Below, piece by piece: positions 29,429 to 39,271 of a stretch of 57,798 nucleotides of DNA. The position numbers and the translations under genes are program-made. This DNA comes from Oligoflexia bacterium (GTDB lineage: Bacteria > Bdellovibrionota > UBA1018 > CAIPTA01). Within the stretch, counting starts at the first letter, position 1; each line of letters starts with the position of its first letter. The notes below the pieces were generated by a model. The model was given only the letters and a program-made list of their open reading frames with translations, was not told where the DNA came from and did no database searches. The stretch covers positions 1-57,798 of the forward strand of contig CAIPTA010000122.1 of assembly GCA_903867855.1 (NCBI GenBank), written 5' to 3'.

Positions 29429-30670
29429 CGCCATGATCGAGAATGGCACGCGAGCGGTGATAAGACCGAACACGATGCTCACTGCAGTTAGCGCCACTTG
29501 AAAGCTATAGGCGATACCCGTTTGTTGTTTACCTGCCGCAAAATATTGAAACACCGAAAGTGCGAGCATTCCGGGAAGCATCGCTACGATTCCGGGCACG
29601 GAATATACTTGGCTTGGCATCTTGAATAGGCGCCCGAAGCTTAGGCTTACGATACCCACCACGAAAGATCCAAAGTAAGGTGCCGTTGCCACAAAAGATC
29701 CATGGCCGAGCGATTCTAGTGTGGCCCAGCCGCATAGGCCGGTGATCGTGGCCCAAATGAGCGAACGCGGCGGCACTCGGAAAATTACAGAAAAACAAGA
29801 GGCAACCGCAATCACAGAGGCCATCGCAATCGGCCAAGTTTTTTCCACGCTATGGATTGGGCGGAGCACGGTGAGCAAGCTGAATGATTCTGCTAACTGC
29901 TGAAAAAGTAGATAGGCAAGGCCGATAGCGAGAAGGCTCAAGCAAGCTTGCATAAATTTCGCCGTGCCTGAAACAAGATTCTGATCCGCGAGTTCTGCGA
30001 TCGATGTTGTAAGGGCCAATCCGGGCACTAGCAAAACTAGCCCTCCCAAGGCATAGGCTTCGATGGAAACAGGAGCAAATAAAATATGGGCTACAGCAGC
30101 GAGGGCAAGAGTGAGAAAGGCGCCCACAAAATCTGTATACATCGGATTGGTGGGGCCTTTGCGAAAGGGGGCAGCGGTTACAAACCAGGTGATGAGGGTA
30201 ATCGTTCCGCTTACAAGAGCTGCAGTGAGGCGCCCGTAGCTACCGTAGCTTACGGCGAATCCAGCAATGAATGCAGCCAGACCGGTTTGCCAAATTCGAT
30301 AGAGTGGGCGCACCATGATGGAGTTACGCAAGGTTTCCGAGGCAGTAAATAGAGTGAGTTTATCTTCGAGAATATCATTGAAAATTCGCTCTAGGATGCA
30401 GATGCGCGATAGATCTGTGGCTGTAGATTTAATGCGAGTGAGCGCAGTGCGCTGATTGCCCGGATCATTATAGTTCTGTGAGGTGATGAAGATTCCCGTA
30501 GGAGTGGCGAATACTTCAGTTTGTTGCCCGAAGTGATTGCCGAGCCTCGTGATACTTTCTTCAAGACGCGATGTGGGGCCGCCACTGCCTAAATAGTGCT
30601 TACCATAGAGCAGCAGGAAATCGATAAGCTCTCCGGGGGAAGGAACATGGCCATTACGAGATAGCTTCAT
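29399..30670 (-). CDS. ThrE-family threonine/serine exporter (fused two-domain form)
   Basis: SGGPTSRLE, VFATPTGI, LVPGLALT and VPGIVAMLPG. Confidence 0.85.
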   Translation of the reverse strand: MKLSRNGHVPSPGELIDFLLLYGKHYLGSGGPTSRLEESITRLGNHFGQQTEVFATPTGIFITSQNYNDPGNQRTALTRIKSTATDLSRICILERIFNDILEDKLTLFTASETLRNSIMVRPLYRIWQTGLAAFIAGFAVSYGSYGRLTAALVSGTITLITWFVTAAPFRKGPTNPMYTDFVGAFLTLALAAVAHILFAPVSIEAYALGGLVLLVPGLALTTSIAELADQNLVSGTAKFMQACLSLLAIGLAYLLFQQLAESFSLLTVLRPIHSVEKTWPIAMASVIAVASCFSVIFRVPPRSLIWATITGLCGWATLESLGHGSFVATAPYFGSFVVGIVSLSFGRLFKMPSQVYSVPGIVAMLPGMLALSVFQYFAAGKQQTGIAYSFQVALTAVSIVFGLITARVPFSIMASNRFPRRKA

Positions 30671-31208
30671 AACGAACCTCCACGATCTCTAGATCTTCTT
30701 CGCCCTTTGGAGTGTTTAACGTAACCACATCTCCCTTTTTTGCCTTAAGCAAGGCTTTACCCATAGGAGAAATCCAGCTGATATGACCGCGTGGAATATC
30801 GAGTTCGTCTACACCCACAATCACATAGGTTTTGCGTTTGCCTGATTCGTCTTCTACGGTAACAGTGGCGCCGAAAAGTACCGTATCCCCTTTTTGTTGG
30901 GTTGGATCCACGGCGACAGCAATTTCAATTCTTTTGGTGAGAAAGCGAATGCGCTTATCGATTTCTCGCAGGCGGCGCTTCCCGTATATATAGTCGCCGT
31001 TTTCGGAGCGGTCACCATTGGACGCGGCCCACGAAACAGTGCGCACCACAACAGGACGATCCACATCTAGCAGCTGCAATAGCTCTGCGCGTAGGCGATT
31101 GAGTCCACCAGGAGTGATATAATTTTTTTCATCTGACGGACCACTACTAGGAAGATCGATATCCTCGTCGGAATTTCCATCATCTTCTTTTGTAAAGGCT
31201 TTGCTCAT
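30654..31208 (-). CDS. greB: Transcription elongation factor GreB
   Basis: MSKAFTKE, WAASNGDRSENGDYIYGKRRLREIDKRIRFL and ISWISP. Confidence 0.95.
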   Translation of the reverse strand: MSKAFTKEDDGNSDEDIDLPSSGPSDEKNYITPGGLNRLRAELLQLLDVDRPVVVRTVSWAASNGDRSENGDYIYGKRRLREIDKRIRFLTKRIEIAVAVDPTQQKGDTVLFGATVTVEDESGKRKTYVIVGVDELDIPRGHISWISPMGKALLKAKKGDVVTLNTPKGEEDLEIVEVRYEAIS

Positions 31209-31237
31209 TGCGCTTCTATTCTAACCTAGTTGAAGCT

Positions 31238-31954
31238 TTATTTCACTTTTCGCTTGGGCATCGATTCGATTCTTGCTTGAATCTTTTTCCAGATTTCTTG
31301 TAAGGGAAGATCGACTGCCGAAAGAAAGGGAATAAAGCTAAGCGGCGGCTTTAGGGAAAAACGGGGTATCAATCTCGAGTTTTTTTCCGCAAGCAATACG
31401 GCTTCGCCCACCTTCAATACTTGATCACTGCGGAGGCGGCCCGCGGCCAATTCGGCGCAGGCTACATCGAAAGCAGTAAAGAAGGGCACGCATCCTTTTG
31501 GGAGCTTCCTGCCTTCAATCGATCGCACATAGATAGCGCTCACTTTATCTTTGAATTTCTTTTTTGCGTGACGAAAAACCTCGGGATCATATTGGGTATC
31601 ATCACCTACTAATATTACTTGGCAAGGAGCCTGCTCAATCAATTGGAAAATCCGCTTCATTTTAAAGCGAATCACCGATTTTTCCTGGCGCCAATCTCGT
31701 AGCACCAGTGTGGCGGCATTAAAATGATTCTTTGTTAGGAAATACTCGATCTTCTTTTTAATCGCTGGTGGCGAAGAAGAAACAATAAAAAAAGAGTCCT
31801 TTCTATCGCCAAGCATTTCTCGATAGAGCTCTGGCATTCCTGCGAAAGCAGAGCTGCGGAAAAGGCCGCGATAGACTGTAATCAGCTTGCTTTTCGTGTG
31901 AGAAATCTTGATTGTATCATCGAGATCACTGATCAACCAGAATGCTGCAGCCAT
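31238..31954 (-). CDS. App1/DUF2183-family HAD phosphatase
   Basis: ISDLDDTIK, VSSSP and LVGDDTQYDPEVF. Confidence 0.8.
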   Translation of the reverse strand: MAAAFWLISDLDDTIKISHTKSKLITVYRGLFRSSAFAGMPELYREMLGDRKDSFFIVSSSPPAIKKKIEYFLTKNHFNAATLVLRDWRQEKSVIRFKMKRIFQLIEQAPCQVILVGDDTQYDPEVFRHAKKKFKDKVSAIYVRSIEGRKLPKGCVPFFTAFDVACAELAAGRLRSDQVLKVGEAVLLAEKNSRLIPRFSLKPPLSFIPFLSAVDLPLQEIWKKIQARIESMPKRKVK

Positions 31955-31957
31955 GAT

Positions 31958-32548
31958 TTATAGTTCCAGTCTGGCGCCAAGGAAGAATTGGATATCATTT
32001 ACATGTAGTTTGGGGAGAGAAGTATTTACTCGATTATCTTTTATTCCGAGATTGTCTCTCACTTCGCCCACTAAGTTGAATCGTTCTGATAGGGGATAGA
32101 AGTAAGCAAAACTAGAAACGGCTCCGTAGTCTGTTTTCTTTAATCCTGCAGCATCGTAGCTAGTAGTAGTAGAGGTCCCATTACTCAGGTACTCCGTTTT
32201 GTAGTCTCCTGGGAAGAAGCTAAAATAGCCGCCGAGACCAAAGGCGAGATTGGAGCCCAGATGGATGCGAAAGAGCAGGGGCAACTGAATCATTTTCTGG
32301 GTATATTGAATGGTATTGGTATCATTTTGGTATTTCCGATCCACATCCACAACTCCCAGCTCAAGGGCATAGGTATCAGAAAAATTAAATTCGTAAAATG
32401 CGCCTGCACCGATTGCACTCTTCGCAGAATAGCTACTGTCGCTTGCCGTGGGTTTGGAAAGATTATTTACTCCGAGCAAGGAGATGGTATCGCAAAGTGC
32501 GATCGAAGGCAGAAGAGTGAGAATGCTGAGGGCTAATCCGCGGATCAT
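31958..32548 (-). CDS. Outer-membrane beta-barrel protein
   Basis: Signal peptide, alternating beta-strand pattern, IQLPLLFR and a C-terminal strand QFFLGARLEL. Confidence 0.75.
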   Translation of the reverse strand: MIRGLALSILTLLPSIALCDTISLLGVNNLSKPTASDSSYSAKSAIGAGAFYEFNFSDTYALELGVVDVDRKYQNDTNTIQYTQKMIQLPLLFRIHLGSNLAFGLGGYFSFFPGDYKTEYLSNGTSTTTSYDAAGLKKTDYGAVSSFAYFYPLSERFNLVGEVRDNLGIKDNRVNTSLPKLHVNDIQFFLGARLEL

Positions 32549-32715
32549 TCTTCTATTATACTTGAGCTAAGGGATTTAGAGTAGAGGCCACTTTTGGTAC
32601 CTGTTTTCGCTATAAGCAAAAATATGTCTGCGCTGACGCAGTGCTATTTGCTGAAAATTCTATTGAGGCTGGTACACTATGAGCGAGAATCAAAAATCAA
32701 AATGAGGAATACGTG

Positions 32716-33189
32716 ATGCAAAAATTGAATATTGGCATTTCTGATACGGACAGAAAACAAATCGCAGATGGGCTTTCCCATCTTCTCGCCGATTCCTATA
32801 CCCTTTACTTGAAAACCCATTATTTTCACTGGAACGTGACTGGTCCTATGTTTCAAACTCTCCACCTGATGTTTGAGACCCAATACACTGAGCTTGCCCT
32901 GGCTGTAGATCTTGTGGCCGAGCGCATTCGCGCCCTTGGTCACTTTGCGCCAGGTTCTTACTCAGAATACGCAAAGCTTTCCTCGATCAAGGAAACCCAA
33001 GGTATTCCAAGGGCGAAGGATATGATTCGGGAGCTAGTGGAAGGGCAAGAGGCTGTGGTGCGCACCGCTCGATCGATTTTTGCTGCTGCTGAAAAAGCCG
33101 CCGATGAAGCTACAGCAGATTTGCTCACCCAAAGAATTCAGCTTCATGAGAAAACAGCCTGGATGCTGCGCAGCCTTTTGGAAGAATAG
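32716..33189 (+). CDS. dps: DNA protection during starvation protein
   Basis: [32 protein letters not shown] and HEKTAWML. Confidence 0.96.
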   Translation: MQKLNIGISDTDRKQIADGLSHLLADSYTLYLKTHYFHWNVTGPMFQTLHLMFETQYTELALAVDLVAERIRALGHFAPGSYSEYAKLSSIKETQGIPRAKDMIRELVEGQEAVVRTARSIFAAAEKAADEATADLLTQRIQLHEKTAWMLRSLLEE

Positions 33190-33208
33190 GCATCTAAGCA
33201 ATGCAATT

Positions 33209-33241
33209 GGCCCAGAGGGAGAAATCTCTTTGGGCTTTTTT
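33209..33241 (+). terminator. Rho-independent terminator after dps
   Basis: GGCCCAGAGGGA-GAAA-TCTCTTTGGGCT followed by a T tract. Confidence 0.85.
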
Positions 33242-33264
33242 ATTTTTCGTGAAACCATAGCCAG

Positions 33265-34929
33265 ATGAAAAAATTACTTTCTCTTTTACTTTTAGTGCAC
33301 TCTCTTCCTCTTTTTGCGGCTGACTTCAAGAGTGCTAATGCCGTGCATGCCAATTTTTCTAACAAGGATAAGGCCTTGGTCACTGTGGAAATTGGAGATG
33401 GATTTCACCTGAATCAAGAAGCGCCAAATCAGGTGCTCGTGCAGAAGCGGGTGATCAAGGCGAATACGATCAGGGAAAAGTTTGCGAGCTTTGCAATCGA
33501 TCCAATCCAGGCCTCCGATTCGATAACGCTGAATGCCTACGTTTGTGATGATGCGCTCACTAGTTGCGAATCGCGCACATGGACTTGGGATGCTACGGGC
33601 AAGCTACTGCAGGGCACCCCAGCCAAAGTGGACGCGATGGAGAATTCTCTGCCGATCACGCAGCATGGCTTTATCCAAGATTCATTGCCTACAGCGATCG
33701 ATCAGTGTAAGAAAACTCGTTTACCGATCATGTTGCTCTTTTCGGCGCGCTGGTGTCCGGGATGCATGCGCATGGAACAAGAGATTTGGACGAATCCAAA
33801 ATACCAAGGCACTCTCGCTCTATTTACAAAAGTGAAGCTCGATGCAGATCGCTTTAAAAATAAACCGATGATGGAAAAATATGGTGTGGCCGGGATTCCC
33901 ACCACCCTGATTTTAAATTGCGACGGGGAAGAATTAGAGCGCTATGTGGACTATCAAGAGCCACACGGCTTTCAGCAAGCCCTAAAATTGGTGGCAAAGA
34001 ATAAAGAGCTACTCACGCGCACACAGCTAGAAAAGCGCGCTTCCCTCGGAGAAGAATCCTCTGAATTACTTCTCGCACGGCGAGCGGCGCTCTCCGGTGA
34101 CAACGCCACGGCGCTAAAGTGGTATTCGTTTATTCCGGAGAAAAAATCGGAAGCCTTTTATTGGTGGGCTTTAGTAGATGATTCTTCTCGTAGGCAGGAT
34201 AAAACGCCCAGCGCAGAAAATAAAAAACAACTCCTAGAAAATTTGCAGGGTGCGATTGCGGCTTTCCCGGAAACTCCTACCACTTTGGATTGGCGCTCTC
34301 AGCTCGCGGAGTTGCAGGGCGCAGAAACGAAAGAGAGCATCGTTACTTTGGATGGAACGATTAAGCTCTGCGATCAATTGATTCAAGATCCTGATCATAT
34401 GAAGCGCTTCAATGGGGCAGAACCCGCTGGTGATTATCTCGGCATTGAAAGCTTGAAAGTGTATCAGGCGAAAGCGGAGGCCCTAAGCGCAGAAAAGAAA
34501 ATGGAAGAGGCGAGGCTCGCTTGGGCTGCTGCGGTAAAAGAGGGAAATCGCTTAGGGATAAAAGATGAGCCTTCCGGCAAATTCTTTCGCTATCTCACTA
34601 TTCTAAAATCAGCAGGGGAGAAGGATCGAGTGGATCATTTTTTCAAAAAATTCCTCGCCATTACACCTAGAGATCCAGAGCTGCTCCGCCGCTATGGGAA
34701 ATTTCTCTATGACCAAGGAAATTATAAGGAAGCAGCTGCGAGAGCCTTTTCTTCGCTAGCCTACTCCTATGATCAAAATGAAGTGTTTGCGGCAACGCTC
34801 TATGCGAAAGCGGTAGCAAAGGATGGCAATCCAAAGCGCGCGAAAGATTTTCTCCTTCGCTACCTAGATCGCGCCGATATTTCCTCCCGTTCCCGAGAGG
34901 AAATATCCGACACGTTATCCAAACTCTAG
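33265..34929 (+). CDS. Secreted thioredoxin-domain protein with C-terminal TPR-like helices
   Basis: Signal peptide, FSARWCPGC, cis-Pro motif GIPT, and a helical repeat C-terminus. Confidence 0.8.
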   Translation: MKKLLSLLLLVHSLPLFAADFKSANAVHANFSNKDKALVTVEIGDGFHLNQEAPNQVLVQKRVIKANTIREKFASFAIDPIQASDSITLNAYVCDDALTSCESRTWTWDATGKLLQGTPAKVDAMENSLPITQHGFIQDSLPTAIDQCKKTRLPIMLLFSARWCPGCMRMEQEIWTNPKYQGTLALFTKVKLDADRFKNKPMMEKYGVAGIPTTLILNCDGEELERYVDYQEPHGFQQALKLVAKNKELLTRTQLEKRASLGEESSELLLARRAALSGDNATALKWYSFIPEKKSEAFYWWALVDDSSRRQDKTPSAENKKQLLENLQGAIAAFPETPTTLDWRSQLAELQGAETKESIVTLDGTIKLCDQLIQDPDHMKRFNGAEPAGDYLGIESLKVYQAKAEALSAEKKMEEARLAWAAAVKEGNRLGIKDEPSGKFFRYLTILKSAGEKDRVDHFFKKFLAITPRDPELLRRYGKFLYDQGNYKEAAARAFSSLAYSYDQNEVFAATLYAKAVAKDGNPKRAKDFLLRYLDRADISSRSREEISDTLSKL

Positions 34930-36059
34930 TGCTTTTCGATTTCTTGGATGAAGCCAAGGGCTTTTGCGCTGAGAGTATATTGAGGAGCATAGTGGCCAGC
35001 CGATGCTTGATTCTCTTGCAGAATCGCTGCAGCCGCTGCTTTCACTTGCTCTACGAAGATGCCTGTTGGGTGTGTCGAAATTTCGCTTAGGAAATTTCCG
35101 AGCACTGTTTCAATCTCCGCTGTACTTAGGTGCACTGTGTATTCGTAGCCACTTTTGAGCATCACATCTGAAAATAAAACGGGATGCGTGCTTAGAGTTT
35201 GGAGCTTCATAGCCTGATCATTCGTATTTCCCCAAATACCAAACTCATAGCTGAAGAGATTATTAATTTCTCGCACCAGGTTATAAAGGCCTGAATCCTC
35301 CGTAAAGCCAACAAGATGGGAACTAGCAGAATCCAAGGCCGCGAGACAAAGCTGCAAATATTCTTGCTCTAGATTTTTATCCTTCATTCCGAGCTCCAGG
35401 GCGCTCAGTAACCAGAAGAAGGGTTTTTCTTGCACGGGATCGATATGCTGAGTTTCGATATCCTGCAAGAGGGCTTTCGCCATATTGATTTTGGCGGAGT
35501 CTGTTTTTGGAAATTCCGGCACGCCATACACCGCATGGGTATCCACTGTGCCATCAACCTTATAGCTAGAGCCATCCAAGGATCCGCTACTATCGATACT
35601 GGTGATGAGGCCATCCAGGCTATTCTTAAAGTTTAGCCCCTCATAGAGATAGTATTTCGGGAAAAGTGGTAGAGCGCCATGAGCGTCTAGTTCTCCGAAA
35701 CTATGTTCGATGCTGAATGCGTAGCTCTTTCCGAGGAGCGCCTGCATGGCTGCCACATTATTTCCGTAAAGACTCATCGTCGCTTGGATTGGGTAGCCAG
35801 GCTCCACGGGCTTCTTATATTTTTCTGCCATTTGTTCACATCCTGGGGCAACTTGGCTGGGTGTGATTTCCAAGTCGGCCACGGTTTTCGTGCCCATTTG
35901 GGTATTTGGGCTTCGCGAAGGAATCACAAAGTTAATGGTGTGGATATTGGTTATTTTGCTGATGGTAAAGCTGCCAGAGCAGGGCTTCACTAGATCGCTA
36001 GGTTTATAGTAGTTGGCTTGCGCCAGCACAGGTAACAGAAACAAGAATACATACTTCAT
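34926..36059 (-). CDS. Secreted hypothetical protein
   Basis: 377-aa ORF with a signal peptide (AQA) and GAGGAG RBS. No family recognised. Confidence 0.7.
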   Translation of the reverse strand: MKYVFLFLLPVLAQANYYKPSDLVKPCSGSFTISKITNIHTINFVIPSRSPNTQMGTKTVADLEITPSQVAPGCEQMAEKYKKPVEPGYPIQATMSLYGNNVAAMQALLGKSYAFSIEHSFGELDAHGALPLFPKYYLYEGLNFKNSLDGLITSIDSSGSLDGSSYKVDGTVDTHAVYGVPEFPKTDSAKINMAKALLQDIETQHIDPVQEKPFFWLLSALELGMKDKNLEQEYLQLCLAALDSASSHLVGFTEDSGLYNLVREINNLFSYEFGIWGNTNDQAMKLQTLSTHPVLFSDVMLKSGYEYTVHLSTAEIETVLGNFLSEISTHPTGIFVEQVKAAAAAILQENQASAGHYAPQYTLSAKALGFIQEIEKH

Positions 36060-36157
36060 AAAAAATCTCCTCAGAGGCTGAATTGCCTGCGAGGAGAGGA
36101 ATAGCTGGAGTTTGTCTATTTTAAAAATCGATAGTTTTTATGATTCTATCGTTTTTT

Positions 36158-39100
36158 CTAATGCCCTTGATTTCCCACTAAGCGACTCAAGGTTGTTTTG
36201 CTCCACACGCGGAAGCGATCAATAAACACATAGGCAGCAGGCACTACCACAAGGGTTAGTAGCGTGGAGCTTACGAGTCCGCCGATGATTGCGATACCCA
36301 TGGAAGTTCTTTGCTTCGAGGCCTCATTGAGACCAATGGCCACAGGGATAGTTCCTGCAACTAACGCCATGGTCGTCATGAGGATCGGTCGCAACCTCGT
36401 TTTCCCAGCGAGGATCATCGCATCGGTGCGATCCTTGCCTGCTTCCACGAGGTGATGAGCATAGTCCACGAGCAGAATGGAGTTCTTCGTTGCTACCCCG
36501 AGAAGCATGATCATCCCGATCATCGAGAAGATATTCAAGCTTTCATGGGTTGCTGCGAGCGCCACAAGCGATCCGCACATCGCGAGCGGCAGCGCCAACA
36601 TGATGGTAAGCGGAGTTACGAAGCTCTCGTAGAGCGATGCAAGAATGAGGAAGATGAAGAGCACACCGAAGGTGAGTGCGGTGGCCATCGAATCACCAAG
36701 TTCTTTGAAGTTCTCCGCCTGACCGATGAAGGCAAAGCGCATATTGGAGGGAAGCTTCACCTCATTTTTGATCGATTTCGTGAGATCATCCATAATGTTT
36801 CCAAGTCCTGCCCCGGGAGCAATATCCGCCTGGATCTGAATATAGCGCGAGCGATCTTGACGAGTGATCTTCGATGGACCACGAGTATCAACAGCCGTTG
36901 CCACATTCTGGAGCCGCACCAAGTTCAAGTTGATATTCGGAACATAGGTTTGATCGAAGCCCTTGTGAAGATCCCGCTGGTCTTCTTGTAGGCGAACACG
37001 AATATCGTATTCCTCTCCGTTTTCACGGAATTTCACCGGCGTGGAGCCTTCCACTTGAGTGCGAAGTTCCACCCCAGCGTTCACGGTGCTTACACCGAGC
37101 TCATCCGCGCGTTTTGTGTCGATAGCAACTTGCAGCTCTGGTTTCCCAGCACGGTAATCCACATCCACGTCTTTGAGGCCTGGATGTTTTTTCGCAAAAT
37201 CGAGCACTTTGGCTGCATACTCTTCTAATTGTTTCTGATCGTCGCCGATAATGTTCAGGTTAAAGGGCCGCTGACCTGCGCCCACCATATCGTAATCCTT
37301 CACCGCCGTGTTCGCGTAGGCATAGGGCTTCAGCTGCTGACGAATTTTTTCCTTCACCTGGCTGGTATTCAAGCGGCGCTGCTTGCCGTTTACGAGCCCC
37401 ACGAAGAAGGAACCCACATTCGACTGGCCCGACTTATCACCCACGGTGAGCGCAGAAATCGCTACTTCTGGGTTGGAGCGAATCAGCTTATCAATTTCTT
37501 GACCCACACGATTCGTTTCCTCTAGGGAGGTGCCTGGGGGAAGATCGTAGGCCACGATGAATTCACCACCATCTTGAGGAGGCAAGAAGGTTTTAGGCAC
37601 AAGCACAATCGTGGAACAGCTTCCGAGGAATACCACCATGGCAATCCCTAAAACTTTTAACGGATTTTTCATGGTATAGCGGAGGATCCCCTCGTATTTC
37701 ACTTCTAACCAATCCTGAAATTTCGAAAAGCCTTCTAGGGTTCTGCCCACTGTGCGATCCCAAAGATTCTTAGTTTTCGCTTTATGGGTAGCTCCGGCGA
37801 AATACGCAGAGAGCATCGGCGCCACGGTGATGGCATCAAAGAGCGAGATCAACATCGCGAAGCAAATAGTGAGACCGAATTCTTTAAAGAACTGACCCAC
37901 CACGCCCTTCAAGAAAGCCACTGGGCCGAATACGGCGAGTACCGTGAGGGTGGTGGCAATAACGGCGAGCTGCACTTCGAGAGTTCCAGATTTCGCAGCC
38001 TCCATAGGACTTTTCCCCATCTCAATATGCCGGAAAATATTTTCTCGCACCACGATCGCATCATCGATCAAGAGGCCCACTGATAGGGAGAGGGCGAGGA
38101 GAGTCATGATATTGATGGTAAAACCTGCAATGGCCATCAAAATGAAAGCACCAATCAGAGAGTTGGGTAGCGCAAGACCCGTAATGATTGTAGATCTTCC
38201 GTTCCCAAGGAAATAAAATACCACCACAACTGCGAGGGCGATACCGATGAAGATGGATTCGTTTACGTCTTCCACGTTCGCGCGAATTTGCACAGCACCA
38301 TCGCGCACGAGTGTAACCTTTGGTTTTCCAGGCATATCGGCGAGAGTGGCGTTCACTTTCGCGATTTGCTTGATCACGGAATCTACTACATTGATCGTAT
38401 TGGAGCCGCTTTGTCGGTATACATAGAGGAAGAGGGATTTCTTGCCATTCACGTAGGCGCGGCTAGCTTCATCCTCCATGGTGTCTTGCACTTGGCCGAT
38501 ATCCGCCACCGTCACGGGCACATCACTACCAAAGAAGTTCACGATAGTAGCTTTGATATCTTCCACTTTGCGGAATTCACCAAGGGAGCGGAACACTGTT
38601 TCTTTTTGTCCGCGCGATACTTTTCCAACGGGTACGTTCTCTCCAGCGGCAGCAAGGCGCTGCGCCACTTGGGTGGCGGAGATTTCGTGAGCTTTCAGCT
38701 TTTTGCGGTCAAGGTCCACGTGAATTTCACGTTTACGACCACCCAAAATATCTACAAGGCCCACTTGGTTCACCTGCTCGAAACGCGGACGAATCATATT
38801 GTCTGCCACATCGTAGAGTTTTTCTTCCGGAAGTTCGGCTTCTAGGGAGAGAATAACTACTGGCTGATCTGCGGGATCGATACGGCGAATAATGGGTTCT
38901 TTAACATCGGTAGGTAAATTTGGTTTTGCGGCAGACACGTGATCGCGCACTTGTTGTTCTGCATATTTTACATCAGTTTCGAGAGTGAATTCTGCGATCA
39001 CGGAGCTCAAGCCTTCACGGTTCACGGAGGTGAGGCGTTTAATGCCCGAGATAGTACTCACTTCATCTTCAATGGGCTTCGATACAAGCGTTTCGATTTC

Positions 39101-39271
39101 GTTGGGGCTTGCACCGGGGTAAGCCGTGTTTACGGTAACCACAGGAAAAGTCACATTCGGAAAAAGATCCACACCGAGATTCTTTAAGCAGTAGTAGCCC
39201 ACTGCGAGCATCACGAGCACAAGACAAGTAATAAAAGTAGGACGCTTAATGGAGAGATCAACTAAACTCAC
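36158..39271 (-). CDS. AcrB/AcrD/AcrF-type RND efflux permease
   Basis: 1037 aa with IDDAIVVREN, KNSILLVD and RLRPILMT proton-relay motifs. Confidence 0.95.
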   Translation of the reverse strand: MSLVDLSIKRPTFITCLVLVMLAVGYYCLKNLGVDLFPNVTFPVVTVNTAYPGASPNEIETLVSKPIEDEVSTISGIKRLTSVNREGLSSVIAEFTLETDVKYAEQQVRDHVSAAKPNLPTDVKEPIIRRIDPADQPVVILSLEAELPEEKLYDVADNMIRPRFEQVNQVGLVDILGGRKREIHVDLDRKKLKAHEISATQVAQRLAAAGENVPVGKVSRGQKETVFRSLGEFRKVEDIKATIVNFFGSDVPVTVADIGQVQDTMEDEASRAYVNGKKSLFLYVYRQSGSNTINVVDSVIKQIAKVNATLADMPGKPKVTLVRDGAVQIRANVEDVNESIFIGIALAVVVVFYFLGNGRSTIITGLALPNSLIGAFILMAIAGFTINIMTLLALSLSVGLLIDDAIVVRENIFRHIEMGKSPMEAAKSGTLEVQLAVIATTLTVLAVFGPVAFLKGVVGQFFKEFGLTICFAMLISLFDAITVAPMLSAYFAGATHKAKTKNLWDRTVGRTLEGFSKFQDWLEVKYEGILRYTMKNPLKVLGIAMVVFLGSCSTIVLVPKTFLPPQDGGEFIVAYDLPPGTSLEETNRVGQEIDKLIRSNPEVAISALTVGDKSGQSNVGSFFVGLVNGKQRRLNTSQVKEKIRQQLKPYAYANTAVKDYDMVGAGQRPFNLNIIGDDQKQLEEYAAKVLDFAKKHPGLKDVDVDYRAGKPELQVAIDTKRADELGVSTVNAGVELRTQVEGSTPVKFRENGEEYDIRVRLQEDQRDLHKGFDQTYVPNINLNLVRLQNVATAVDTRGPSKITRQDRSRYIQIQADIAPGAGLGNIMDDLTKSIKNEVKLPSNMRFAFIGQAENFKELGDSMATALTFGVLFIFLILASLYESFVTPLTIMLALPLAMCGSLVALAATHESLNIFSMIGMIMLLGVATKNSILLVDYAHHLVEAGKDRTDAMILAGKTRLRPILMTTMALVAGTIPVAIGLNEASKQRTSMGIAIIGGLVSSTLLTLVVVPAAYVFIDRFRVWSKTTLSRLVGNQGH

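Noticed and set aside
32680-32706. GAGAATCAAAAATCAAAATG upstream of dps as a Fur/PerR box
   Set aside because: Only a partial match with no good dyad symmetry.
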